Source of the DNA: an uncultured Geobacter sp.
GTDB taxonomy: Bacteria > Desulfobacterota > Desulfuromonadia > Geobacterales > CAIOGM01
Direction: 5' to 3'
NCBI GenBank assembly: GCA_903857795.1
Contig: CAIOGM010000122.1
Coordinates: 846-64,845, forward strand
DNA length: 64,000 bases
Under the pieces are notes generated by a model, which was not told the DNA's origin, searched no databases, and saw only the letters and a list, made by a program, of their open reading frames with translations. This document shows, one piece after another, positions 1 through 9,542 of this stretch (positions are counted from its first letter, which is position 1; the number at the start of each line of letters is the position of its first letter). Made by a program: the position numbers and the translations under genes.

Positions 1-2
1 TA

Positions 3-1388
3 GAACATGCCTGCCTCTTGCACGGATTCAATATCGTCGCTTATATCGACAATGATCCGAAAAAGATCGGCGCTATCAGACATGGCAGACCAATTATTGC
101 ACCATCTGACATATATAAATTCAGTTATGACCGTGTAGTAACTGCCAGTATTGCGTTCCAGGATGAAATGCGGAAACAACTCGTTGAACTCGGAGTTCCA
201 GACGGGAAAATTTCCTCCATCCAACCCCCATCAGGGAGTTGGCTTAAAGGTGGCAGTTATCTAATTCACTACCGACACTCAATCGATTCCGATGGATCAA
301 GCGTACAGACTGAAACTGAAGGGTTTGAGATGACCGGTATCTCATCTGTTGACATACCCCCACCTGTTGACACACAAACTCACGAAATATTGCTCAAACG
401 TTTGATAGTTTCCCTCGATGTCGCCGAGCAGGAGGCAAAGACTTGCTCAGAGCCTTATCAAACTGGTGAAAATTGGCATAATTTCCTAATTCAAACCCGC
501 CCTGAATACCATTCTGTTCGACTTAATAATGACTTTGAAGGTCTGAGTAAATTACTCTCCAATTTTTGCAGAAACGAGATGAGTTCCGGAATTCTTGGTG
601 GTCGGGAAGCGTTTGAGGCTTATATCGGTCATCCAGGAATGGAGGCTGGTATCCGGGCGAATTTCAATATTTGGGCTTATAGCATAGGCGCCGCACCTCT
701 ACACGAACTGGCCTCTCCCCTGATTGGCAATCCCTATGGGCACTTAATAGATGGCCATATAATCCACCCCAACACTTTTTTAAACCATTATCGAGGATGT
801 ATGGTTCGCAAGCTGGTCGATGGAATTGACCGACCGGTTATCGCTGAAATCGGAGGTGGTTTTGGTGGGTTTGCTTTTTATGTAAAGAAATTTATTCCAG
901 ATTCATGCTATATCAATTATGACCTTCCGGAAAATCTTTTAATTTCGTCTTATTTTTTATCTTTGGCGTACCCTGACTTGCGAATCCATTATTACACAGG
1001 GCAAGAAGATATGGCTGAGCTCATCAAGACCCACGATATAATTCTGATGCCAAATCATGCGTTACCGCTACTACCAGACAGATCTGTCGATTTATTTGTT
1101 AACACCATAAGCTTATCAGAGATGAGCTACTTGACGATTACAGAATATTTGAGCCAGATTACGCGTACTTGTGACAAGTTCTTTTACCATGAAAACTTGA
1201 TCGAAAACGGGACCGGTTATCTTTATTACCCTATTGACACCTTCCCTCTCCTTCCAGATTTCATGGAACTATCACGGCAGCCGTCTCGCTGGCCTTATTT
1301 TTCTTCAACGTCTCCCCAGCATTGTCACGTTGAGCAACTGTACCTCCGACGTGATAGGTTTTTATTGTCAAACGGTACACCTAAATAA
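3..1388 (+). CDS. Putative sugar O-methyltransferase with N-terminal Rossmann-like (IDNDPKK) domain; probably 5'-truncated by the window edge
   Basis: SAM-binding motif AEIGGGFG, YDLPE, DLFVNTISLSEM; frame is open back to position 3. Confidence 0.7.
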   Translation, partial: EHACLLHGFNIVAYIDNDPKKIGAIRHGRPIIAPSDIYKFSYDRVVTASIAFQDEMRKQLVELGVPDGKISSIQPPSGSWLKGGSYLIHYRHSIDSDGSSVQTETEGFEMTGISSVDIPPPVDTQTHEILLKRLIVSLDVAEQEAKTCSEPYQTGENWHNFLIQTRPEYHSVRLNNDFEGLSKLLSNFCRNEMSSGILGGREAFEAYIGHPGMEAGIRANFNIWAYSIGAAPLHELASPLIGNPYGHLIDGHIIHPNTFLNHYRGCMVRKLVDGIDRPVIAEIGGGFGGFAFYVKKFIPDSCYINYDLPENLLISSYFLSLAYPDLRIHYYTGQEDMAELIKTHDIILMPNHALPLLPDRSVDLFVNTISLSEMSYLTITEYLSQITRTCDKFFYHENLIENGTGYLYYPIDTFPLLPDFMELSRQPSRWPYFSSTSPQHCHVEQLYLRRDRFLLSNGTPK

Positions 1389-1445
1389 TCTCCGCTACAC
1401 TAATAAGAGAGATTCCGTCGACAGTATACATTTAGGAGCAGACGC

Positions 1446-3296
1446 GTGAAAATTCTACTAACCAACCCTCCCTGGTATCAGGCGCCCACAGCAGAGACAC
1501 CGGGCTGGCGTGGTGTGCGTGCAGGTTCCAGGTGGCCGCACACATTCGAGATACATTCACACAGCATAACTAACGGAATAATCAGTGAATTGCTCGGTGG
1601 ATACTTGCCGTTTCCCGTCTGGCTCGCGACCTGTGCCGCGCTTATCAGGCAAGAAGGCTTCGATGTGGTCTTGCGCGACTCGATTTCAATGGGTGAGACG
1701 TATGCAAGCTATTATGCGTTTGTGGAGGATTGTCGCCCTGACGTTATCCTCCTAGAGACCTCAACACCGGCAGTAAACGCTGACCTCAGGATAGCCGCAA
1801 AGATACGTCAACTGGTTCCGGGCGTCAGGATACTCTTCACCGGACTTCATGTTGAACATGAGCAGGTCGAGTTTCTGCAAAACCACCCGGAGATCGATTT
1901 TACAATATACGGTGAGTATGAAAGTCCTGCCCTCAAGTTACTCTGTGCGCTCCGTGATGGCACCGATTTGAAGGATGTACCGGCCCTTATATACAGGGAT
2001 GGCGATCACGTATCAAAGACAGCCCCAACAACGCTGCCAGATATCTCCAAATTTCCGTGGGCAGAGCGGGAGAGCTTACCCAATCAGAACTATTTTGACG
2101 GTGTCTGCGGTCTTGAACGGCCCCAATTGCAACTTATGGCCACGAGGGGCTGCCCCTACGGCTGCATCTTTTGTGCTTGGCCGCAGATGCTTTTCCGCGG
2201 CCCCCATTATCGTATGCGTGACCCACAGGATGTTGTAGATGAAATCAAAGAGAATCTCGCCTTATTTCCCTACAAAAGTATTTATATAGATGACGACACG
2301 TTTAACATCAACAAACAGTACGTTGTCGAACTTGCAACAAAAATGAAAGAAGCAGGAATTGGCGGCAGGATTCCGTGGTCCACCATGGGGCGAGCCGATC
2401 TCATGGATGAACCCACCTTGGCAGTCTTGCGCGATGCCGGTTTGTTCAGTATCAAATACGGTGTCGAATCCGCAGAACAAGGGATTCTCGACGAAATCGA
2501 CAAACGGATGAACGCCGAAAAGAACATCGCCATGATCAAGCTCACTAAAGAGTACGGCATCCGGGTACATCTCACATTTACCTTCGGCTTGCCGAGCGAT
2601 ACTGTCGAGACCATAGAAAGAACCATCGATTTAGCATGCTCTCTCCCTGCTGATACCGTACAGTTTTCTATCGCAACCCCTTTTCCCGGCACGGAAATGT
2701 ACAGAATTTACAAAGAGCGCGGTTGGGTAGTTTCAACTAACTGGGACGACTACAACGGTTCCACTGTAGCAGTTTCACGAACCGAAAACTTTACTGCAGA
2801 ACAGTTGGAATATTATGTAGTTGAAGCTTATCGTCGTTTTAACGAGGCACAGATGACCCGCTGTTTTACGTCAGAGGAAACGCGTGACAGACTGAAAGCT
2901 GCAGCGTCTACACTCAAGACAGGCGACCGAGTGGTAGTGATGCAAACATCACGCGTCCCTTTTACCAGCTGGATAATCAGCACTCTGGATTCACTTGGAT
3001 TAGAGGTTCATCTGGTCGCACCACTGAGTTTCAGTAACCAATTTACCTCCGTCCTCGCGCCTGAGAAAATACATACATTCTCTACGGGGACCCACTTTCA
3101 TTACCTGAATCACCGCGAGTGGCTCGACAATCTCCAGACATCCTATAATTTCAAGGGAGTATTTATCCCGTATTCATTCGATTCACGTGATGGCTATGCC
3201 GACGTAGAACGCCTGGCCGGTCATTTGGGGGAAACAGTAGTCGGTATGACTCTCAAAGGACAGATCTTACCCATAGGAAAGCAGACAACTCTATGA
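1446..3296 (+). CDS. Cobalamin-binding radical SAM protein (class B methyltransferase-like)
   Basis: RGCPYGCIFC (CxxxCxxC), DDDTF, YGVES, TPFPGT; N-terminal B12-binding-type domain with GEYE. Confidence 0.85.
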   Translation: MKILLTNPPWYQAPTAETPGWRGVRAGSRWPHTFEIHSHSITNGIISELLGGYLPFPVWLATCAALIRQEGFDVVLRDSISMGETYASYYAFVEDCRPDVILLETSTPAVNADLRIAAKIRQLVPGVRILFTGLHVEHEQVEFLQNHPEIDFTIYGEYESPALKLLCALRDGTDLKDVPALIYRDGDHVSKTAPTTLPDISKFPWAERESLPNQNYFDGVCGLERPQLQLMATRGCPYGCIFCAWPQMLFRGPHYRMRDPQDVVDEIKENLALFPYKSIYIDDDTFNINKQYVVELATKMKEAGIGGRIPWSTMGRADLMDEPTLAVLRDAGLFSIKYGVESAEQGILDEIDKRMNAEKNIAMIKLTKEYGIRVHLTFTFGLPSDTVETIERTIDLACSLPADTVQFSIATPFPGTEMYRIYKERGWVVSTNWDDYNGSTVAVSRTENFTAEQLEYYVVEAYRRFNEAQMTRCFTSEETRDRLKAAASTLKTGDRVVVMQTSRVPFTSWIISTLDSLGLEVHLVAPLSFSNQFTSVLAPEKIHTFSTGTHFHYLNHREWLDNLQTSYNFKGVFIPYSFDSRDGYADVERLAGHLGETVVGMTLKGQILPIGKQTTL

Positions 3297-5254
3297 AAGT
3301 ACTTGCTCTTGGTGGTTTGTGGATACCGTACATTCGAGAGAATTGGTTCGATTCAATTCGCCATGTTCTGGGGCATGACGCCCTTGTTGTAAACGCCGGC
3401 CCTCTGTTGGTAAATAACGAATTAAATATTAGATGGCCTGAAGGATACCATTCCGCATATATATACGAACTCCTGAGACGCGAGCATTTCGACTATCTCT
3501 TTTTCTACCATGACTGGATACACGGGTCATTCTCTGACAGTTTTTTCAATAAAGTTCGCTCCGCCGGCGTGCGGACGGTAGCCTTTCATCCCGATGATGA
3601 ACCGGAACACTGGTTTGCGCGAAATTCGGCATATGACCACCATTTCGACTTGATTGCCTCTCATTCACGCGAAGGTGTAGCACGTCGGCGCGCGACAGGT
3701 TGGGGGGAGAAGGTCATGTACCTGCCGTGGGGGTACAACCCAAGGACGCGTTACAGATTGCCCGATATACCGAAGAGTTATGATGTGGTCTTTATCGGCA
3801 AGTACAAGGTCAGCGACACGATAAGCCACGCCCCTGTGGAAGACGGCGCTCAACGGGACCAGGTGCTCACCCATCTGGCGGAGACCTGTGAGCAAAACGG
3901 TTGGATTTTTCGCATTTTTGGCTACGGATGGGAGAAACACCCTATTTTGCACCGTTACTTCGGAGGAACACCGTCAGACGATGAAATGGTGCTTATTTTC
4001 AATAAGGCCCGAATTGTATTCAACCCAGCATGGTCCTCGGATGGTGACCCTAATGCGGTGCAAACAAAGCTCAGGCATTTTGAAGTACCGGGCTGCGGAG
4101 CATTCCAGCTGACCAACGAAAATCCGGAGTTGGCGGAGCTGTATGCCCCCGGGAAAGAGGTGGTATTTTATCGAACAAACGAAGAGCTCATCGCAACTGT
4201 CGATAAATTTCTCTCCGATGATGCGGCACGAGACGCCGTTGCTCACGCCGGCCACGCTCGATCTCTGCGGGAGCATACTCTTGATCACCGGGTGAAATCC
4301 CTCTTTAGCCACGCGACAACTCTCTATCCACCACTTCAGTCCAATCAGGGTGCTCAGAATCGGGTCAGAACCATCGAACTCCACGACCGGGATGAACTGA
4401 CCGATTTGCGAAACAGCCTGCAAAGCGGTACGTATCCATTGGACAGTGCGGAATGGTTCCACATAGTAGGCGGTAAATTCGAATCATCACGGAGTGACTA
4501 CCGTGTCCTGGACCCTTTTTTTCAGCACTTCCCTGACAAGATTTTGACGGTCAGGACATTTATTGACTTCAATGGTCTTGCGGCCAACCCATTACAGCCA
4601 AAACCCACTGAGAGTGACGGCTACATCCTGACCGAAAATGTCAAAGTCAAAGATTTCAGTCTCAGCCCGTTCGGCGACTATGCCGACCACTTTATGGGAG
4701 TCTGGTCTGAAGATTCCGCACTCCTGTTGATCAATTACATAGCGCCTCGTTCACGATTAAAAGAGATGCTGAATCTGTTTTGCAGCGGATCAATCGCGGC
4801 TATTCACCAGTTGGAAGCACTTCCCACCGGCCGCATCGTTACGGAAGCGCTCATAAGTATACCTCTCGGCCTTGATTCACGGCGAGGGGTGATACGCAAC
4901 TTCGAGTACGTGAAACGCCTCAATATCTTGCTCCCACTATTACTGGAACAGGACAGAAAGATAGTTGTCTACGGAATAACCGGTATGGGAGAGGTCACGC
5001 TTAAATTAATAAAGCAGACAAGTGGCCTTAATATTATCGGAGTAATAGATCGGGCGCTCGACACAGAATATTATGACAACATTCCAGTCTTGCATATTTC
5101 AGAATTATCTTATTTAAAACCTGACATTATAATTCTAACTTCGGGATCATCGGGTCCGAGCATTCATGCTGCTATCGAATACTTGGAAGCGATGATCTGT
5201 ATTTTACCTCTTTACGACCTGGGGCATCCAGCATGGGCGGTGGTCTTACCATGA
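3293..5254 (+). CDS. CgeB/GT1_2-family glycosyltransferase with C-terminal Rossmann-like domain
   Basis: DVVFIG, KLRHFEVPGCGAFQLT, EHTLDHR; C-terminal IVVYGITGMG; ATGA overlap with upstream gene. Confidence 0.75.
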   Translation: MKVLALGGLWIPYIRENWFDSIRHVLGHDALVVNAGPLLVNNELNIRWPEGYHSAYIYELLRREHFDYLFFYHDWIHGSFSDSFFNKVRSAGVRTVAFHPDDEPEHWFARNSAYDHHFDLIASHSREGVARRRATGWGEKVMYLPWGYNPRTRYRLPDIPKSYDVVFIGKYKVSDTISHAPVEDGAQRDQVLTHLAETCEQNGWIFRIFGYGWEKHPILHRYFGGTPSDDEMVLIFNKARIVFNPAWSSDGDPNAVQTKLRHFEVPGCGAFQLTNENPELAELYAPGKEVVFYRTNEELIATVDKFLSDDAARDAVAHAGHARSLREHTLDHRVKSLFSHATTLYPPLQSNQGAQNRVRTIELHDRDELTDLRNSLQSGTYPLDSAEWFHIVGGKFESSRSDYRVLDPFFQHFPDKILTVRTFIDFNGLAANPLQPKPTESDGYILTENVKVKDFSLSPFGDYADHFMGVWSEDSALLLINYIAPRSRLKEMLNLFCSGSIAAIHQLEALPTGRIVTEALISIPLGLDSRRGVIRNFEYVKRLNILLPLLLEQDRKIVVYGITGMGEVTLKLIKQTSGLNIIGVIDRALDTEYYDNIPVLHISELSYLKPDIIILTSGSSGPSIHAAIEYLEAMICILPLYDLGHPAWAVVLP

Positions 5255-6111
5255 TATATTCCAAAAAAATACTGCTAACCGGCTCGACAGGATACGTGGG
5301 GAGCTTGATCCGAGCCGGGTTAGGTGACCACTGGGACCTCACCGGCGTGAGTTTGCATGCGGATGAGACTAAAGAGCAGATACAGTGCGACCTTACAGAT
5401 ATTCAACAAGTGAATTGTTTGCGCGAGCGGATCTCTCCAGACGTCATTGTGCACGCATCTGGCGACAAGAACCTGGTCCGATGCGAAGCTGATCCGAAGA
5501 CCGCCTATCTTACCAATGTCCAGAGTACGCTGAATCTAATTGCAACATTTCCCGAGTCACGTATCATCTTTATTTCCAGTGATTATGTATTCCCTGGAGA
5601 TCGCGGCAGTTACCGCGAAGATGCCCCTTTTTCACCGGCGACTGTCTACGGCCAGACCAAGGCCTGTGCCGAATTAGCAGGACTCATGCTGTGCCAACAT
5701 TTTTTCGTGCTGAGACTAAGCGCGCTTTACGACCGCAATGCAACATTCATCCGTTTTCTTCGCGAAAAACTGACTGCCGGTGAACCGGTCAATTGCTATT
5801 CCGACGCCTTTTATTCACCTACCTACTTTGGTGACTTTCTCGCCGTATTACAACGATTGGTAGAAAACAACGACCTCACCCGCCGGATTTACCACTCCTG
5901 TGGGCATCGGACTTCACGTTACTATTTTGCCAAACTTTTTGCCCGTTCATCAGGCCTGGATGACAAATTAGTTCTTCAATCCAGTCGCGCCCTGGACAAA
6001 GCCTCCTTCCTGTTCGCAGATATCTCTCTGGAAAATACACTCACCCGCGAAGCTCTCGAAATCACCATGGGGGGCCACGAGGGGTCCTTGAACGCAATGG
6101 CGGCCTTATGA
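5251..6111 (+). CDS. RmlD-like NDP-sugar reductase (extended SDR)
   Basis: LLTGSTGYVG, ISSDYVF, YGQTK, SPTY; start placed at the ATG overlapping the upstream stop. Confidence 0.8.
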   Translation: MIYSKKILLTGSTGYVGSLIRAGLGDHWDLTGVSLHADETKEQIQCDLTDIQQVNCLRERISPDVIVHASGDKNLVRCEADPKTAYLTNVQSTLNLIATFPESRIIFISSDYVFPGDRGSYREDAPFSPATVYGQTKACAELAGLMLCQHFFVLRLSALYDRNATFIRFLREKLTAGEPVNCYSDAFYSPTYFGDFLAVLQRLVENNDLTRRIYHSCGHRTSRYYFAKLFARSSGLDDKLVLQSSRALDKASFLFADISLENTLTREALEITMGGHEGSLNAMAAL

Positions 6112-6512
6112 AAAAGCTCGACTACTACACCCACTTCGAGGATGCACGCGGCAAGTTGCTCGGGTTATTGAATGAGGGGCAGTGGGAAGAAATCAATTAT
6201 CTGGAAACTCGCTCCGGCGAGACCAGGGGCAATCACTACCACTCACACACGGTCGAGGTTTTTTTCATAATTTCGGGGGTTATCGACGTTGAAATCAGGC
6301 AACCGGATGGCGTTACCCTGAACGAACATCTGGTTTCAGGCGACGTCTTGAAAATTGAGCCGGGTGAAGTTCATACGTTTCACTGCACCACTGACACACG
6401 CTGGATCAATGTTCTCTCCAGTCGCTTCGATCCATTAAATCCGGACATACATTCCGGTCTCCCCAATGATGACCGGTCACAGCAGAAGACGACACTGGAT
6501 TCTCCTCAATGA
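6108..6512 (+). CDS. Cupin protein, NDP-sugar isomerase/epimerase-like
   Basis: EDARG, RGNHYH...E, EVHTF cupin motifs. Confidence 0.7.
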   Translation: MKKLDYYTHFEDARGKLLGLLNEGQWEEINYLETRSGETRGNHYHSHTVEVFFIISGVIDVEIRQPDGVTLNEHLVSGDVLKIEPGEVHTFHCTTDTRWINVLSSRFDPLNPDIHSGLPNDDRSQQKTTLDSPQ

Positions 6513-7858
6513 GATACATCATCGTGGCTCCGGCCTATACACGACGTTCGGCGGGAATAGTTGTACTGCATGAACTACAGAAGTGGCTCATCAGATCCGG
6601 AAAGGATGCCATGGTCATGCACTTCAATGATCCATTTCCCATAGAAGACGATGATATTGTTGTATATCCTGAGATAATTTGCGGGAATCCGTTAAAAGCA
6701 AAGCGGGTGGTCAGATACATCCTCAATGAACCCGGAAAACTCGGCGGGGACAAAAATTACGATATCACCGAAATACTGGTAGCGTACAATCCAGACTTCT
6801 CAAAATTTTCAGGTGATCATTATCTTGAAATACCTATCATCGAAGATTTTTTCACTAATAGGGGTAACGAAAGAGTAATAGACTGCTTCTGGGTCGGAAA
6901 AGGCACAAACAACAACCATCCTGCAACGTCAGGGTCTATTGAAATAACCTATCAATGGCCAGCTACCCGGAGGGAGTTGGCTGAACTATTGAACAGGACA
7001 AGAACTTTTTACTGTTATGATGAAAAGACGCATCTATTGACCGAGGCTATGCTCTGTGGTTGCAAAACCAAACTTCTGAGGGGTGCTGAAGTCCTCGACC
7101 ACGTCCAAGTCCCTCCGCCGACTAAAGATGCATGTAATTTGCAATTGCAACATTTTATACAACGTACCTGGTACCCGGAAATCAACCCGGCATCGGATAT
7201 GGCCAAACATATCTGTGAGCGCGGAGTGCAACTGAAGGCTGAACAACGTTATGACGAGGCGTTGACTACGTTACAGCTGGCGTGCAAGGAAGGCGCCACC
7301 TCCGGTTATGCCCATATGGGAGACTGCCTGGCTCAACTCGGAAACAGTAGTGACGCCGAAACCGCCTATCTGGACGCCCTCAAATACGATATTACCGACC
7401 CTCGGGCAAATACCGGCATCGGTGTGCTCAAACTCCTTGCCGGTCAAGCCGCCCCGGCAATCGCCGCATTCAGCAAGGTGCTCAAGATCGAACCGGACAA
7501 CTCCAGGGCGCTCTGCGGTCTCGGCATGGCGCGGCAACTGGAAGGGCGGCCAGAGATCGGCTTCGGCTACCTGGTCAAGGCCTGCCGCGCCGACGCTGAA
7601 AATCTCACCGCACTCACCGAACTGATCAAGGCGTCCTACGCACTCAACCGTTTCGACGAAGCCGTCCGCTGCACCCAGAACTACCTCATGTATCATCCGC
7701 TGGAATCCGACCTCCTCTTCTCTCTCGCCGGCCTCTTCTACAAGCAGGGGAAGTTCAGAGACGCAACCAATACAATTGAAAGCCTCCTCATCGCTTCCCC
7801 AGAGTATGAAGGCGCGGCAGAACTCATGGCGAAGGCTGCTGAAGAGTTACCAACTTAG
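6509..7858 (+). CDS. GT-like N-terminal domain plus C-terminal TPR repeats
   Basis: SAGIVVLHEL, IVVYPE, EAMLCGC; TPR-like helices from about residue 230. Confidence 0.65.
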   Translation: MRYIIVAPAYTRRSAGIVVLHELQKWLIRSGKDAMVMHFNDPFPIEDDDIVVYPEIICGNPLKAKRVVRYILNEPGKLGGDKNYDITEILVAYNPDFSKFSGDHYLEIPIIEDFFTNRGNERVIDCFWVGKGTNNNHPATSGSIEITYQWPATRRELAELLNRTRTFYCYDEKTHLLTEAMLCGCKTKLLRGAEVLDHVQVPPPTKDACNLQLQHFIQRTWYPEINPASDMAKHICERGVQLKAEQRYDEALTTLQLACKEGATSGYAHMGDCLAQLGNSSDAETAYLDALKYDITDPRANTGIGVLKLLAGQAAPAIAAFSKVLKIEPDNSRALCGLGMARQLEGRPEIGFGYLVKACRADAENLTALTELIKASYALNRFDEAVRCTQNYLMYHPLESDLLFSLAGLFYKQGKFRDATNTIESLLIASPEYEGAAELMAKAAEELPT

Positions 7859-7984
7859 AAAAGCAGTCCACCACTGAGACACGGAGACACGGAGAAAAAC
7901 TTGGTGCATTGAAACAGCTATTTGTGGCACCTACCAAGCGTTCGACTTTGTGAAATACGCGCACCGGTATCTTGACGAGCATCA

Positions 7985-8004
7985 ACATGTCTTTCAAGAC
8001 ATGT
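7985..8004. promoter_or_regulatory. Palindromic operator upstream of the HigBA-like operon
   Basis: ACATGTCTT-TC-AAGACATGT perfect 9-bp inverted repeat 23 nt before the toxin ATG. Confidence 0.55.
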
Positions 8005-8027
8005 AAAAACATGGTATGGTGGTTTCC

Positions 8028-8272
8028 ATGAAATGGAATGTTCTTTTTTTTGATGAGTTCGACCCCGAATTACGGCATTTCCTCGTGAGGTACAAACAGC
8101 ACTGCTTGCCAAAGCACGAATGCTTGAATATTTTGGACCACAACTTGGACGGCCCCATGTTGACACGCTGGAGGGATCAAAACATCCCAACATGAAGGAA
8201 TTACGTTTTGATGCCGCCGACGGAGACAAGAGGCTTGACGACTATCTCGACCGGCAAAAGAAAAGGGCATGA
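8028..8272 (+). pseudogene. RelE/HigB (Gp49-like) toxin pseudogene with a frameshift and an internal deletion
   Basis: MKWNVLFFDEFDPE, then a frame change near 8070 to TAFPREVQTALLAKARMLEYFGPQLGRPHVDTLEGSKHPNMKELRFDAADG, followed directly by DKRLDDYL. Confidence 0.8.
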
Positions 8273-8273
8273 C

Positions 8274-8636
8274 ATGGCGAGAACATTGAACGATGTAATA
8301 GAGGAACTGCCCCTCGACCAACAACAAGAAGTTGAAGCACAAGCCGCACGCCTAATAGAAGAAGAAATTACATTGCGCGATTTACGCAAAGCTCATGACC
8401 TCACGCAAGATCGTATGGCCGAAGCTCTGCACATTTCACAAGATGGTGTGTCAAGAATTGAAAAGCGTAGTGATTTTCTCCTTTCTACGCTGCGTTCTTA
8501 TATAGAAGCTATGGGCGGCAAGCTACGACTTATTGTCGAGTTTCCTGATCGGCAACCTGTTTCTATTTCCGGTTTAACAGATTTAGGCACGCACACCAAA
8601 GAGAAGAGGAAGAAAAATCAGCACGTTCCTGCATAA
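8274..8636 (+). CDS. XRE-family HTH antitoxin (HigA-like)
   Basis: LRDLRKAHDLTQDRMAEALHISQDGVSRIEKRSDFLLSTLRSYIEAMGG; starts 1 nt after the toxin stop. Confidence 0.85.
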   Translation: MARTLNDVIEELPLDQQQEVEAQAARLIEEEITLRDLRKAHDLTQDRMAEALHISQDGVSRIEKRSDFLLSTLRSYIEAMGGKLRLIVEFPDRQPVSISGLTDLGTHTKEKRKKNQHVPA

Positions 8637-8723
8637 TAACCGTATATGTCGCCCCGTTCCCTTCGACTCCGCTCAGGGAACACCTTGTGGAAAGTGCGGA
8701 AAGTTACATTACGGAGGTGAACG

Positions 8724-8767
8724 TCCTCATCGCCTCCCCGGAATATGAAGGCGGCGAAGAACTCATG
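8724..8767 (+). repeat. Diverged copy of the 3' end of the TPR gene (7785-7828)
   Basis: 38/44 nt identical by manual alignment; encodes LIASPEYEGGEELM vs LIASPEYEGAAELM. Confidence 0.8.
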
Positions 8768-9085
8768 ATCGGATTGTAGCCCTGACAGGAGCTCGGCAGA
8801 CCGGCAAGACGACTCTCTGTGAGACCCAGTTTCCCGATCTCCTGCAACTTCCCTACACCTACGTCTCCTTTTAATCCTCTCAAGCTGGTGACAGACAGGG
8901 AGGCCCGAACCCGTTCCCCAGCGTAAAACGTTCATTCTCACCGGATCGTCGCAACTCTTGATAGGCCTAATGGTCTACTCGGGAGACGAAATGACTGAAA
9001 TCCGCAGGGGGGTCTGGGCCGTACCGGACTGGTTTCTGTTGGGATCCCTCTGAATTTTCAGGACGACTCTGCCGTCTCTTGTCCC

Positions 9086-9114
9086 TTGACAAATGGCAAA
9101 GCAAAATGGACAAT
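9086..9114 (+). promoter_or_regulatory. Sigma70-type promoter of the Xre-RES module
   Basis: TTGACA-N17-GACAAT upstream of AAGGAG and ATG 9132. Confidence 0.6.
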
Positions 9115-9131
9115 ACGCCAAAGGAGATATC

Positions 9132-9542
9132 ATGAGATCTGCTACCGGAGTCACCTATAAAGGATCAGTCAGGATGCCTCCTCATTTGCCGGTGGAAATT
9201 GTGGCGGCAGGATTGCCGTACTCCAAAGTCGAGGAACTCCGCAAACTGCTTGACCTCTCCGTTGAAGAACTGTGTCGCCTGCTCCCCATATCCCGGCGGA
9301 CCCTGTCCCGATACCGGGGGAAAAGACTTGATTCCCGCACCTCCGACCATCTGATGATGATCGAACTGGTCTACCAGCGTGCGGTAGAGGTCTTAGGATC
9401 CATGGATAACGCCCGGATTTGGCTCAACTCCCCGAATTACACCTTCAGCTACCAGAAACCGCTGGAGTACCTGTCCACTTTTACCGGGGCGCAGGAACTC
9501 CTGGACGAACTGGGCCGGTTACAGCACGGAATCTTTGTCTGA
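9132..9542 (+). CDS. Xre/MbcA/ParS-type antitoxin
   Basis: GLP, ISRRTLSR HTH, WLNSPN...PLEYL...ELGRLQHGIF; RBS AAGGAG. Confidence 0.85.
   Translation: MRSATGVTYKGSVRMPPHLPVEIVAAGLPYSKVEELRKLLDLSVEELCRLLPISRRTLSRYRGKRLDSRTSDHLMMIELVYQRAVEVLGSMDNARIWLNSPNYTFSYQKPLEYLSTFTGAQELLDELGRLQHGIFV

Noticed and set aside
8044-8051. T8 tract as a phase-variation switch for the toxin
   Set aside because: The conserved frame continues past the tract; adding a T creates a stop, and the internal deletion would remain
8208-8273. N-terminal extension of the antitoxin in the ORF track
   Set aside because: This DNA is the toxin pseudogene tail in another frame; the ATG at 8274 fits the family start
9419-9541. 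N-terminal extension of the RES toxin
   Set aside because: Overlaps the antitoxin; the coupled ATG at 9542 gives the typical LYRI start
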